This document shows, one piece after another, positions 38,885-52,649 of a DNA stretch of 64,000 nucleotides; within the stretch, counting starts at the first letter, position 1; each line of letters opens with the position of its first letter. The position numbers were made by a program, and so were the translations under genes. Source of the DNA: the human T2T-CHM13v2.0 reference genome, Homo sapiens; assembly GCF_009914755.1 (NCBI RefSeq), contig NC_060935.1; one strand, written 5' to 3'. The notes beneath the pieces were generated by a model. The model worked only from the letters and a program-made list of their open reading frames with translations, made no database searches and was not told the origin of the DNA.

Positions 38885-39829
38885 CAACAGCTCTGAAGAA
38901 AGTGTGTGACATTTGAAAAGGGGGAATTGATTCACATGAATTCATTGAAAAAGAAAAGTCATAGATTCAAACATGTGCAATGCTAATCCAAGTGGTATAT
39001 GTTTGCCTTGGCTAATCCAGGCCAAAAAATGTGGCCTGTCAATTCCTGAAAGGAGATGTATCCCTGTGATGAAGACGGATGCAAGAGACTTCCTTAACCA
39101 GTCGCCATTTAACACTAAAGTCTTAAAACATAGTTTATTCTCTGCTGATTCCAATTTCAACAGCAGCTTTCAGATTATAGTAAGGTTTCTCATGTAGAAG
39201 CAATAGAAAGAAATTCATAGCTTCAAGAATTTGAGAGTCTAGTTCTGTTGGCAGTTATAGTCTTCACTGGAAGGTAATTAATTGTGTCTGTATTTTCTAA
39301 GTTTAGTCACTGTAAGTCAGTGAACTCTGGAGGACTGACAAGATCAAATCTATTAGTTGGGGGGCAGCTCTTGGATCTTGACTCCTTGACCACATGAATG
39401 CCTATTCTGAAGCTGTCTAGCAGCCTGCCAAACCTTCCAGTGTTGCACCTTTTGCACTGTAGCACTATGGAAACTTCTATCATTGTTAATATAGAGTAAA
39501 ATAAAATTATATGTATTGTCCAATTATTTATTTAGAGTAAAATTATGTGTTGAACAAAATACTTTTTAATTTTCTTATTTTAACATAGAAAAGTATAATT
39601 AAAAACTGCTAAGTACATCCATACTCGTCATAATATTATCTTGGTAAAGCTGGACTGTATCCCATGGATAAATTTCTAAATTTCACATCATTAACACAGT
39701 TCATTCAAATGCTCAGTGGTTTGAGCAGCTGAATTCACAAATAGGTCAGTTTTAGCAGGGATTTTTGTCATTTAAGCCACGAATTATGCCTTGCAAATTT
39801 ATGAATGGGGAAGATCTAAAGGACAGTGG

Positions 39830-40040
39830 CATGCATTGAGCATCTTTTATGTTCCAGGCATTGTATTTCTGTTTTACAATTGTGTGCACCAATAATTATC
39901 CAAACCATTCTGTGAGTTAAGAATTGTTACTTTCATTTCACAGGTTAAAAATTGAGGTTCTAATAGGTTAAAAGTCTTACTCAGTATGAGTAGCAGGACC
40001 AGGATTCTAATCCAGATCAATTGAACTCCAAGGACCAGAT
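39830..40040 (-). mobile_element. MIR
   Basis: cattgagcatcttttatgttccaggcattg...aaattgaggttc...ccaggattctaatccag. Confidence 0.65.
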
Positions 40041-40160
40041 CTTCATCCTGAAAGCTGAAAGAGGTGCTGGCAGCCTACTGAGATAGAAATAGGGCTACCT
40101 TACAAGACATTCATTGTTCTGTGAGTTTAACGGCAGTCCGACATAAAAACAATTATTGTA

Positions 40161-40295
40161 AGCTACTCGGGAGGCTGAGGCAGGAGAATCACTTGAACCC
40201 TGGAGGTGGAGGTTGCAATGAGCTGAGATTTGCCTTTGTACTCCAGCCTGGGCAACAAGAGCGAAACTTCGTCTCAAAAAAAAAATAATAATAAT
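40161..40295 (+). mobile_element. Alu right arm only (AluSq/Sp-like, 5'-truncated)
   Basis: agctactcgggaggctgagg...gcaacaagagcgaaacttcgtctc plus A-tail. Confidence 0.9.
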
Positions 40296-41427
40296 CTGAA
40301 AAGCGAGGTTTGGACAAAAAAGAGAGACAAAGAGACATCAAGAGAGATGAAAGTCATGACAAATCGGGGGATAAGCCAAAGACAGCAAAAAGATTTTCTC
40401 CTAGAGGCACTAGGCTTAACAGTGTATATTTTAGTATTTTTAAGGAGAGTTTCAGGTGTTTGTTGGCAACCCCACTCTGGTTGGACCCTCAGTTCTTAAA
40501 GCTACCATACCCTTGTTACTTACAGATCCTCACAGTCTGTTACCAACAATCAATCCAGCATATTAACTGTAAGAGCAGTAACTGCACCATTAGCAAAGCT
40601 ATTTTTCTAATACGTAAAGTCATAATTAACTCATCACTTAGAATTCTTTGGCCCATTTCCCTAAGGTAAACAGGAATGGTCTGACAGAGTAAATGCTGTT
40701 TCTGACTATAATTTATTCTATTTGACCAGAGGTTGGTATTTTTTATTCCTCCTCCATCTAAAATTACTATCTAGACTTGTTCAATACTGCTTATTGATTA
40801 CCAGGTTTTACCATATGGTGTCCTTTGTTACAGAATAATGACCAAATATTGTTAAACATTTGAATAATATGTATCATTGCCATTAAAGTTGTATGAGTTT
40901 TTGTGAGGGAAACTGATCAGCAGTATGTTTTTTATAGATTTGCTAAGTTCAATTTGTGTCTCCACAAGTAATCAGTTATTTTACAGCCTCAGATTTAGTC
41001 AAGTTCTTGAGTTAGACTTTTTAAAATATCATCAGCAAACCTTGTATCTTCCATACTGCAAAAAACATTCAAGCAGTAATTTAAATTTTGAACAACTTAA
41101 ATCTAACCATTTTTCATTGTTTTAGTTTGAGAAAAATACACAGGAAATAAAAATTTCTTTGTGAATTAAAGTTTAAGGTTAGTATATTTTGACTTCCTGC
41201 TGCCTTGACCTTGATGAATGTTATAAACCATCACCACTTGCCATAATGATGGGTAGTTGAAATAGAAAGTCTATTTCATTTGTTTAAGGTTTCAGTTTCT
41301 GACTTTAAAACCTCACTTCTCCTAGAGTATGTGTGTGTGTCTGACTTTATGTCTCAGTACTCTGAAGTTTCACGTCTTGTCAATGAGAACTGATGTCAGT
41401 GAACTAATTGGCTCTTCTTGTGCGTAG

Positions 41428-41606
41428 GTACCCTGACATGCCCACTGCTGCTGATGTTGTGAATGCTTTAGATCAACAGGCACTTGCATCTATCCTAAGA
41501 ACATACGGGGAGGAGAAGCATGCCAAGAAAATCGCTTCAGCAATTGTTCAGGCACGCAGCATCTACCCCATCACCAGAACCCAGCAGCTTGCCAGCATCG
41601 TTGCAG
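41428..41606 (+). CDS. METTL15: METTL15 next coding exon (179 nt, phase 2/1)
   Basis: Branch-like ctaat at 41404, acceptor ctcttcttgtgcgtag|G, donor GCAG|gtagcc. Joins the previous exon in frame (AG|G = Arg) and reads YPDMPTAADVVNALDQQALASILRTYGEEKHAKKIASAIVQARSIYPITRTQQLASIVA, matching RsmH TAAxxVN/YGEE motifs. Confidence 0.97.
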
Positions 41607-44375
41607 GTAGCCTCATTAATTCTCAACAGTGTCTAAGAGAAAAAATTATATTTACATGTGTGCATGTGTTTGTGTGCATGCACGCATGCACATGTGTGTG
41701 TGCATTAATCCCCCAGACTCCCTGAGGGATTCATTTGTACTTGAAATCCAGGATAGAATCTTGCCTATCCTTCTCTAATGTCAGCTTTCTTTTGCTTTTG
41801 CATGCTTCTCCCCCAAAAAACCTCTCCCCCAAATACAATTTTTAAAAAAATATACTGTAGTTTGCTAATTTGTATAATAGTAGATTTTTATTTTACACAG
41901 GATAATTTATCATTTGTGTCTACCAAGGTGAAACATGGAATGATGAGCAAAAGGATTTCTTGATCCATCGCAGTGGTTGATAAGCACCTGTATAAGATCT
42001 GACATTACTTCTCTTAGTTTCACATTTCTGCATTTTAATATTTTGGGCAAAAGGAGAATTGCATTGCCCAAATGCTAAAATAAAATACAGTGACTCATAT
42101 ATCTGTTCTAAACAACCAACTAACAAAGGGTATATGATGTATAGGTTATTCCACTTTGTGAATGCTAACTAAATCAGCCTTAGGGGCTTATTGAAACATT
42201 TCATCTTTTCTGCTATTTCGCTATTCACCACCATAAACCTCTTGAACCTAACTCTAGCTAGGAGGCGCTTTATTATAGCCTCTCTGTTTGAAGCCAAAGT
42301 TGTTTCACAGCTGTGTTCCGTGATGAAAGTTTTCCAAGGCAAAAATATAACTCTTGCAGTTATTTAACAGAATTCCAATGGTAAAATTTTCATCTTGTTG
42401 AACCATCTGAAACCCTGTATCATTTTTATTTACCAAATGTATTAAGATTTTTTTTCAGTGGTTCCTATTAAATTACTTAAGTAAATTTTAAGAAGTTTTT
42501 AAAAAAGGAATATTTGTGTAACTTATAAATAGAACCTGATATTGGCTGTCTCTTTCTTAATATTATCCATAGTTTAAGAAGTAAAACTTAATTATAAATT
42601 CATTTAGATCATTACTATTTAGAGATCACATAGCAATTGTTTTATGATATAATTAAATAAGACTATATTCTACTTAGTTATTATAATGAAATATAAAGAG
42701 CTGACTAGCCTTTAATTTTTTAAGCCACATATCTCAGGGCCCTTTGAACTTACCATTGAGATTTCTTTAGGCAAGTTTAAGAGCAGAATTCTTGTGGTTA
42801 TATGAACATAAAATATTTCATATTTTCCCCCCTAAAAAAGTGTGTATACCAGCATGCCGACATTAAAGTCATCCCCTGTCTGGTGTTCCTTTAACCACTC
42901 CGTACTCACTAACATGTCTCCACCGTATCCTTTCTGTAATTATTTAGCTATGTGTTATTATCTGTCTCCCATATTGGAAAGAAAAGCAGTGAGAAGTGAT
43001 ATTTTTTTATTTATAAGCAAATCTAAAATTGGTGCTGAAAATGAGGTGTTGGGGCTAGAGAGCATCCTAAAAATTGTCTAGTCAGCAAACCTCATCTGAT
43101 TACTAAGGAAACTGAGGCTCAGGGAGGGTCAATAGCTTGCAATAGTAATCTAGAATTCAGAAGCTCATGAATTTAAGGCATAATTGGGAATCTGCCTTTA
43201 AGCTACCTTTTCTGTCTGTGCATCCTACTTTGTAAACTTGCGGAAATAACACTTTGGCATTAAGTAGAAATTATGTGAAGGTGTACAATAGGAACAATTT
43301 AAGTACCTTCAGAAAGATTATGATATGAAAAGTACATTAGAGCTATGAGAAATGATACAGTAAAAGTGAAAATATTCATATATGGTAAATAAAACCTCAA
43401 TTTAGTAAATGCCATTGAAACATTGAGTTATCTGGAATTAGTCCATTTTTATGTCTTAAATATCAGTCTATAATAATACAACTTTATTAATGATAATATG
43501 AATTTTTAGAAAAGGGAAAAACAAAAATGTGTTTTCATTTTGTGCTCATTTATTCAAAAAATATTTTGAGAGAGGCTGCTTTATACTAGCTACTTCCTAA
43601 ATACTAAAGGTAAAATAGGAGCTAATCAGATACAACCTCTGTGTTTACAAAGTTTATAGACTAATAGATTAAACAGTCAGGGAACTGAGTGAAAACATCA
43701 TATAATAACCTCTACTTACAGTGAAAATTCTCTTTCCTATTTATTGTGATCAAGAGTTATGATAGTATGGTCAATAGAAAATTTGATAAAAGCAGATAAC
43801 TATAGAACCTATAAAAATATACATATATTTGTATGCTTGCATTTTAATTGCAGTTCCATGAAGTTGATTCTTAACAAACCACACCCATGACATATGTCCT
43901 ATAAGTTCTGGTTATAGTTTTAGTAAAATGAAGTAAGCCTTTAAAGGCATTTGCAAAGCCATCTGAATGAGAAGTTTTTCTAGATTTTCATGATTTTAGT
44001 CTTTTATAATTGCCTCATTCATACCTAATTTGATTGAATTTTTTTTAAGTGATTCACCTTTAACAAGAGTTTCCAAAGTTTCCAACTTAGTTTTCAGGGA
44101 AACTGCAGCTGTCTTTCCTTTTGCATTCATATTTCATCAGTTTATGTAATATGTAATTAAATTATGTAATAACAACAGTGAACATTCTGGGCTGTAAGTG
44201 CACAGCTCTCTTGATGGGACTAGAACTGTATAGAAATACCAGAGAATCCAAAGAATAGAATCCTACCCTCACACAATTTGTTTAACAGAGAAAAGGGTTA
44301 AATCTGTCCAGTCCAATAAATCAAGAGGTACTACATAAAGAAAATATGAGACACAATTGGAAGGGCACAAGTTCC

Positions 44376-44830
44376 TGTATGGGTTTCCTCGGGCTGCTGC
44401 TACTAAGTACTACAAACTTTGTGCCTTAAAACAACAGAAATTTATTATTTTACAGTTTTGGAGACTTGAAGTCTGAAATCAAGATGTTAGAAGGGAGCTA
44501 GAGGAGAATCCTTCCTTACTATTCCTAGCATCTGGCGGTTGCCAGCAATCCTTGGTGTTCCTTGGCTTGTCGATATATCACTGTTTCTGCCTCCATAGTC
44601 ACTTGGCATTCTCCCTGGGCATCTGTCTTTGTGCCCAGATTTCCCTCTTCTTATAAGGACACCAGTCATGTTGGATTTAGGGCCCACACTTAATCCAGTA
44701 TATCCTAATCTTAACTTGATTATATCTGCAAAGACCTTATTTCTAGGTCAGATCACATTTATAGGTTCTGGGTAGACATGAATTGTGCTACGTAGACATG
44801 AATTGTGGGGGACTCTATAAACCCAGTACA
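44376..44830 (-). mobile_element. MLT1B/C MaLR solo LTR
   Basis: tgtatgggtttcctcgggctgctg...ataaggacaccagtcat...cccagtaca; TSD-like gttcc/attcc. Confidence 0.88.
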
Positions 44831-45739
44831 ATTCCTAAGCAATATCTTTGTTTGACAAACATGTATTTTGGCAAGCTATAATATGCAATGACTATATTTA
44901 AATGTGTTTTCTGATTCTGATAAATTCATACTAAATATGTTCAAAACTATCAAGCACTCTAGGAAATATGCAGCACAGTTCCAGACACATATTAAAATCC
45001 ATATTGATGGAAATATAAATCACTTTCTTTGCTTTCCAAAAACTAATAATTCAGTAGGACAAGGAAGAACAACACACTTGGAATCACACGCTCAGTAGGA
45101 TCCTGTAAGTCACGTGATTAAGCTGTTAATTGTAAAATCTAAAGTTTGGTGCGTTTTGCTAGTATAAATAACTACAGTTCCAGTACTCTTCCATATCATG
45201 GGAATTCCAAAAGACAGGTTCAAGACTCCAAGTTGGAACAGAGCACTTACAAGCATTGTGAATTACTTTGCAAATTATCAAAGCAGTAATTTATAAGCAA
45301 CTTACAAGAGAATTCCAAAAACAACCTGTAGGATTTCACTGTTCTTACTACCACACATGTTCATACATATGCTATTCAGAACTACTGGCCGTGAATCTTA
45401 ATATAAATATTTAACACATATGCAGTGTTATATACAGTGTTCCCTCCAAAAATGATTCATAAATAACAAGTCCACATTTTGTTAAACAATGTTTATTCTA
45501 ATGTTCTAGCTAAAGAGTTGGAGTTGTAAAATCTAAGAGATGAAAATGGCCTAAGGGACTCATCTAATCTAGAACTAGATTCTTCATCACCTCTAATAAA
45601 TGGTCATCTAGCTTTAGCCTCTTCATCTTCATCTCTCCTACTCCCCATTGTATTCCGGTGAAGACGAGCACATTTCAGCCTGAAGTTGCCAGTTCCATAA
45701 ATATAATACAGGCGTAGAGACTTTAGAAAGGATAGATTT

Positions 45740-46570
45740 CTTAGAATAAAAGCAAAACTCCTTTACATGGTTCGCAACTTCCTCCATGAACTGGCTCCTA
45801 CCTGTCTTTTCATCTTCCCCTTTCCACATAATAGTCTTTGTTCCAGCCATATTGAAGTTCTTATAGTCTTTCCAGCACACCATAGTCATTCACCTGCAGG
45901 CCTTGGATGTCCTTCTGCCTGGAATATTGACCTTCCTCTTCTCTCATCTCCCTGCCCTACCCCTACCCTTTTCTCTGGCTAATTTCAGCTCATCCTTTAG
46001 AGCTCAGTTGAAATGCCACTTCCTCACAAAGTTTTTTCCAACTTTACTCACATTAGTTGAGATGGTCTCCTATGTGCTACCATTGCACTGCATTCCCTTG
46101 TCTGGCACTTATTATGCTGTATCTTATTGCTTGCTTACTATTTAAATATTCCCTTAGATTTATATTGTGCAACACCATTGTCAACAGCCACATGTGGCTA
46201 TAAAGCACTTGAAATGTAGTTACTCCGCATTAAGAGGTGCCATGAATCTAAAATATGCACCAGATTTTGAAGACTTAGTTTGAAAAAAATTATAATATTA
46301 CAAAAATAATTTTATCTTCATTACATGTTGAAATGGTAATATTTTAGATATATTAGGTCAAATAAGGTATTAAAATTAATATTTTGCTTTTTAAATGTGG
46401 CTATAGAAAAATGTTAAATAACATGTTTCACATTACATCTTTTTTGGACAGTATTGTTCTAGACTATAAACATCAAGATTATAAGCCCTGCTGTGACTTT
46501 TGTACTAATTACTGTGTCATAGCATTTAGCCTAATGTTTGACACCTGAAAGGTATTTAGTAAATACATTT
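45740..46570 (+). mobile_element. L2 remnant interrupted by MER33
   Basis: ttccagccatattgaag...ccttctgcctggaat...tcatcctttagagctcagttgaaatgccacttcctc; 3' end resumes after MER33. Confidence 0.65.
46162..46457. mobile_element. MER33 hAT-Charlie
   Basis: agccacatgtggcta...gcacttgaaatgt...accagattttgaagacttag...ttggacagtattg. Confidence 0.8.
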
Positions 46571-46592
46571 TTTAGAATTTTTTATTAAAAAG

Positions 46593-46893
46593 CTTTTTTT
46601 AAGTGACAGGGTCTCCTTCTGTCACCCAGGCTGGAGTGCAGTGGTGCAATCATAGTTGAAGGCTGCAGTGAGCTGTGAGGATCAAGCTGTCCTCCTGACT
46701 CAACCTCCTGAGTAGCTGGGACTACGGGTGCCCAACATCACAGCAGGATAATTTTTTTAATTTTTATTTTTAGAAATAAGGTCTCACTATATTGACCGTG
46801 CTTGTCTCGAACTCTTGGCTTCAAGCGATCCCCAACCTCCTGGCTCAGCTTCCTGAGTAGCTGGGATTACAGGTGTAAGCAACTGCTCCTGGC
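46593..46893 (-). mobile_element. AluJ-like with an internal micro-inversion
   Basis: Reverse Alu dimer; 46656-46678 is in forward Alu orientation. Confidence 0.88.
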
Positions 46894-47047
46894 AATACTT
46901 TTTCAATGTTAATTTATACAGTTAACAAAGTGCACATTCAATCAGAAAAGCTCTGCTTTTAGAATGTTTGGATTCAGTAAAATAACTTCAACGTTAATTT
47001 TAAAAATTGATGTTCAGTCTTGTAGGTCATAAAAAGCAAATGTCCTC

Positions 47048-47393
47048 TTAAATGGTTTGGCTCTGTGTCTTCATCCAAACCTCATCTTGTAGCTCGCATA
47101 ATTCCCATGTGTTGTGGGAGGGACCCACTGGGAGATGATTGAATCATGGGAACAGGTCTTTCCCGTGCTGTTCTCATGATAATGAATGGGTCTCATGAGA
47201 CCTGAGACCCTAACACAAGCTCTCTTTGCTTGCTGCCATCCACATAAGAGATGACTTGCTCCTCCTTGCCTTCTGCCATGATTGTGAGGCCTCTCCAGCC
47301 ATTTGGAACTGTAAGTCCAATTAAACCTCTTTCTTTTGTAAATTGGTCAGTCTTGGGTATGTCTTTATCAGCAGCATGAAAATGACCAATACG
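47048..47393 (+). mobile_element. THE1 (A-like) solo LTR
   Basis: atggtttggctctgtgtc...cataattcccatgtgttgtgggaggga...cagcatgaaaatgaccaatac; TSD-like tcctc/tcccc. Confidence 0.9.
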
Positions 47394-48544
47394 TCCCCCA
47401 CAACATTAACACTAACATATGCAGGTAAGTTAGGAAAACTACATTGCCCTCTAGTACTTTATTCATCTTTGTAAGTTGAAATGATATTAATTCCCATCTT
47501 ATTCTTTAAGAATGCTGTGAAGAATAATAATGCTTTGATAGAATATTTTTATTAATTAAAAATCCTTCATTATGATGAATGACACATATAAAAATTCTCA
47601 AGCTCTTCAGAAGAAAGAAAATTTATGCACTTAATTTTGAAAAAATGGCCATGGTCTGGATTTTGCAGAATTGATGTATTTGATGTATTGATGTTTTGCA
47701 TAGTCTTAAAAATGAGATAGATTCTAGACATCCCTTTGAATAAAGAAATCTGGGTATTTTCCTCAAGAGGCTGGCTGCCCATATTTTATATTTGAGCTTT
47801 TTCGTATTCTAGCGCTCTTTTCATTCTCCGGTTACATCAAGGAAATTACCAGTTAAATGCTAACTAGTTTAATGAAAACATCTTTGTTCAAGTCCTGGTT
47901 CTTCAACTTGCTGTTTGTGTAAACTTGAATAATTCTAGACCTCATCTTTCTCATCTTAAACTGGAGGCAAATAATAGTTATGATAATAATCATTAATTTT
48001 CTTTAGTAAACATAACCATGCCAATTATGTTTTGCTTAAACCAATGTTGAAATTCACTTGTAGTCTCAGAGCTCATGTTAAAAATCAAAGAAGTATACCA
48101 GTCACTTTTCAGATCATTGAGATTTAGGTTAAATAAAAATAAAATAATTGATAAAATAGATAATTGATCTCTAAACAATCAAAAGGTGACAGAAGGCTTA
48201 TAATTATTTGAATGAGAGGAGGGGGAGAAACTTCTTAGATATTTGTGATTCATGTTGATTAAATGTATAGATTTATTCCTTTCCTGAAACTTTTGTGTAA
48301 CCTTTATTCTGACTCATAAACTGGGTACATAACCAGAGATTAATGAATGCTTGTTGAACAAATAAATCAATAAAAGGATACGTACATTCCCAGCCAAAGT
48401 AAAAATGAAAATTCAAGGGGAAAAAATATATAAGTTCTTAGGTGTTACTGAGGATAAACTGTACTTTTTCCGTCATGTTGAAGAGGGAGACAACCTGAGC
48501 ATCAAAGTCTTCAGTATAAATTAAAGCAGCTTGAGGAATAAGTG

Positions 48545-48740
48545 AGACCCTCCAGGACATGGAATCAAAAATTCTCAAGTTTTGTTTCTGTTTGTGCCAC
48601 TTATTTGTTCTGTGAACTTGAGTAAGTTCACTTATCTTCTCTGACCCTCATTTCCTCATCTGGAAAATAGGAATAACAAATCTTGCTATGACTAATAAAT
48701 GACATTTATTATCTGTGAAATTTAAAGTGCAAATATTCTT
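48545..48740 (+). mobile_element. MIR
   Basis: ctgtgaacttgagtaagttcactt...cctcatttcctcatctggaaaatagg. Confidence 0.7.
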
Positions 48741-49112
48741 GTAAGCATTTTTTTTTCTCCTCTGTATTCAGAGCTAAGGTAATTCAGACAGTAAAGGAAT
48801 GCAGTAGTTGGAACTCTTGAGTGTGGACTTCCATTTCCAATTCTATTTTCCTGTCCATAACCAAACAGTGTGATTTGTGATAGATTGATCACTTCATTCC
48901 AAGATGTTCTTCCCTTAGGAGTTATGTGACTTGTAGGAAGGAGAAGAATAATTGTCTTTTTCTGCACTGGGACATGTTAAGGTATATCTTTCCACAGTGG
49001 CATCAATGGCTCATGCCTCAACCTGTATCTGAAACCATCATCTTTTTTCAGCATCATTTTGTTAATCCAGAGAGAACCTTCAAAATAAAAGATAATGATA
49101 AGATAAAATTTA

Positions 49113-49432
<320 letters not shown>

Positions 49433-50014
49433 TCATTATCTTTTAGTTGGAACATAAACTTATTCCTGATCAAGATAATTTGACATCCTTTTATTGTTTA
49501 ATAACTTACATGTTGCTTCCTTCATTTTTCTCAAAAAATACTCTTTATACTAACATTGCTGTGATTAAGAAATGGAAGGAAAAGTGTTAGAGTGTTCAGT
49601 TTTCACTCTGATGGAAAATGGTATGGTCAAACCTACAGTTGAATTTGGATGGCTCCCCAATATATCATAGTTGTCATTGCCACTGCTATGAAAATTACAC
49701 TTATTCTTTTGTCATTTCAAATTTCTCGAACTCAATCTATTACACACTGTATGTATAGTGACATGCCAACTAAATTAGCAAATGACATTTTTTAAGTAAA
49801 CTTATGTTTTATTTCTTATTTTAATAAGTAATCCTTTCAAAAGACATTCTGTACATGAACTCCAACTCAGAAGGGAATGGAATGTGGAAAAAAAGAAAGA
49901 AAACCTGAGTAACTTTTCCTAAAAAAGTCTAGCTGTTCTCAGTTTGTGGCACCAAATGGGGAGCAGGGAATGTTCCAGTCGCAACTGACTAATTAGCCCA
50001 ACCCTAATTTATTG

Positions 50015-50270
50015 ATAATAATAATGATAAATAATAATGCTAGCTAACACTTACTGAGCAAATACTAGGTATTATGTGAAATCATTTTCTTGTATTAACT
50101 CACTTAATCTTCACAGCAACCCATGAGGCTGGTACTGGTTTTATCCCCATGTTATGGATGAGGTAACTGAAGTATAAAAAGATTAGGTTACTTTCCTCTT
50201 GTCAACTAGAGCTGGGATTAGAAGCTAGTAATCTCATTTTACACTCTGTGCTCCTGATTATAACACTGTT
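50015..50270 (-). mobile_element. MIR
   Basis: ataataatgctagctaacacttactgagc...cacagcaacccatgagg...gatgaggtaactgaag. Confidence 0.85.
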
Positions 50271-52649
50271 CTAGATCCCTTTCTTATGATTAAGGTACAG
50301 CAGTGTTGCTGGAGAATGCTGACAGCTCAGTCTTCAAGGATGTCCCATACTCCCAGCACTTTGTATCTTGTGATAAATGCTATAAATAATGGAGTCATGA
50401 ACAAAAAGGTATGAGAACCCAGAAAAAAGAGAAATTTATTTTTGTATAGTGAGAGGTTAGACTTAATGAAGAGAAGGGTCAAGTAGAAGTTATAGACAAG
50501 GAGACCTTTGAGTTAGGCCTTTTAGGGGCAGAAGTGATGCCTATTTATGGAAGAGTTCCTGGCAACTAATAGAAATTCATGAATTACAGACATGAAAAGA
50601 TGAATGAACAAATAAATGAAGAAATAGGTGGGATTTCAGGGGGCTGAGGAGAGTAGAAGACAGGCAATTCAGAGTCCGATTCTAGGACCTAATATAATTC
50701 CAAATTCCTGGAATTCCTCATTATCTTAGAATCCCCTTTCCTAAATGTGACCTTGAGCTGGGTCAGATTTTTGGGACAGTAATTTAGTGTAACCACGTAC
50801 TCTAGATCTTCCTGATTCTGGATGAATTTTAGACTGCTTCTAGGGAAAAAGAGAAAAGAAAATGCATCCTGTTACCTCATTGCTCCATTTCTTGTTATTT
50901 TATACTTTTAGTACTTCTGCAAGTGAAAATTAGAGTGACCTGCTGGCATTGTATGTTTGATATAGTAGCAGTTTTCACATTGATATTAATTTTGTGAAGA
51001 TATATATGACTAACCAGGCCATCTTTTCCTCCTTTTTACTTGTTAAAAATGAAGAAAGATTATTTGTTCCTATAACTAGTTATTCAGAAGCCTTAAGAAT
51101 TTGGTGGCAGATATTTATCTGAACGATCCATTTCAGAATTTAGATCAGGCAGTCTTACATATTATTTGTACTGTCTTGTTTTTGATATTTACATGGATTC
51201 AGATCTTGTCTAGGTGGCAGATACAATAACATGTTCTCTTTACTTCACCCAAAAATATTGAGAGAATCAACAGTATGCACCTCCACTCCTTAAAGTAGTA
51301 GTGTCACACATCAGCTATTATATTTGTATGTTTCAGGATGTTCTTTGAAGACAAGCATATGCTTTCATTTTTAAAGTTTAAAATGTTCAAGTTATTTTAA
51401 AGAATGTCAAAGAGAGAGAATTCCCAATTTTAATGGATTGACAAAGATCAAAGATTATATTTTTGGGACTGAGAGGGTAATAATGGAAGAAAGAGTAGTT
51501 TTGATGTTTGATGTTTAAGCTTTGTTACTAAAAATGAAGAATAATACTTCCAAATTTTTATATATTGTATCTTTTGCTTTGTGGCTGAATTTGAAAAATT
51601 ATGGAATATCTAGGAAATGTGTTTGTTAGAATTTTTAAAATAGGAATTTGTTAACTTTTAATATATTTTATATTTCTTATAACTCTTCAGTTTTGTCAGA
51701 AATATTAAGTTTCATCATTTCCCAAACATTTTAATTTATTGTATCACTGTAATCTTCAGATGACTGTATATTGCCTCAAATATTTCTAATCACTTAGAAT
51801 CACTTCTACTGTATTATAAACTATAGAATAGATCACCTCTGTTTACATTTTTTGTGTGTGTGATAGCATATAACACACAGTAAACAACAAGAAATATTTG
51901 CTGACTTCTTACCTCTCCTAATACATAATTATTTATTTAATGACTTTCTTATCAATTGGACTACAAGACTATATGAGGGGAAGGATTAGATGTGTCTTCT
52001 TCATTGGTGCATCATCAAAACTTGATATATTATGTCTTAAAATAGATGCTCAATCAATATTTCTTTAATGAATAAATGAATGGCCATTTTGTTCATAGTT
52101 TTGATGTTTATACAATGAGCTTGACTAGGTACAACTAGTAAAGAAGGCCTTTTAATCAACTAGTTTCTTTAGCATATAGGCACTTGCTATTAGGTAGACT
52201 CAGACCTACAAAAATAAGAGAAAATGTAATAATTGTCTTTGCACTTGTAGTACCTTTCCTATTCTTTTAAATGGTAAATCAGGCTAAATATGCCATAAAA
52301 TACAGGGTCAGTCTTCTGTAATTTCAGTTTTCTCATTAGCAAAGTAGTGAATTTGACCTAGAAACACCTATTTCATACACATATTATGTATCGACTTAAC
52401 CATCAGGTATTTATTCTAAGTCTACTTTGTGCTGGGCACTGATGAAGATGAAGACAAAGGTTTTACTTTCTAAGAATTAACAAAAAATGATCTTTCCTAG
52501 TTACATAGCAGATGTCATAGTATTTATTTGGCTACATATATATTTTTACTGATTTCTTATAATATTTTCATGAATCCCATTAATTTCTGGGATTAATTTT
52601 CCTCCTACCCAAGTACATATTTTAAGATATCTTCGATGAAGATAAAGAC

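Noticed and set aside
41311-41345. Alternative acceptor cttctcctag at 41325, 102 nt upstream of the exon
   Set aside because: Its use would meet an in-frame TGA within about six codons; no supporting evidence.
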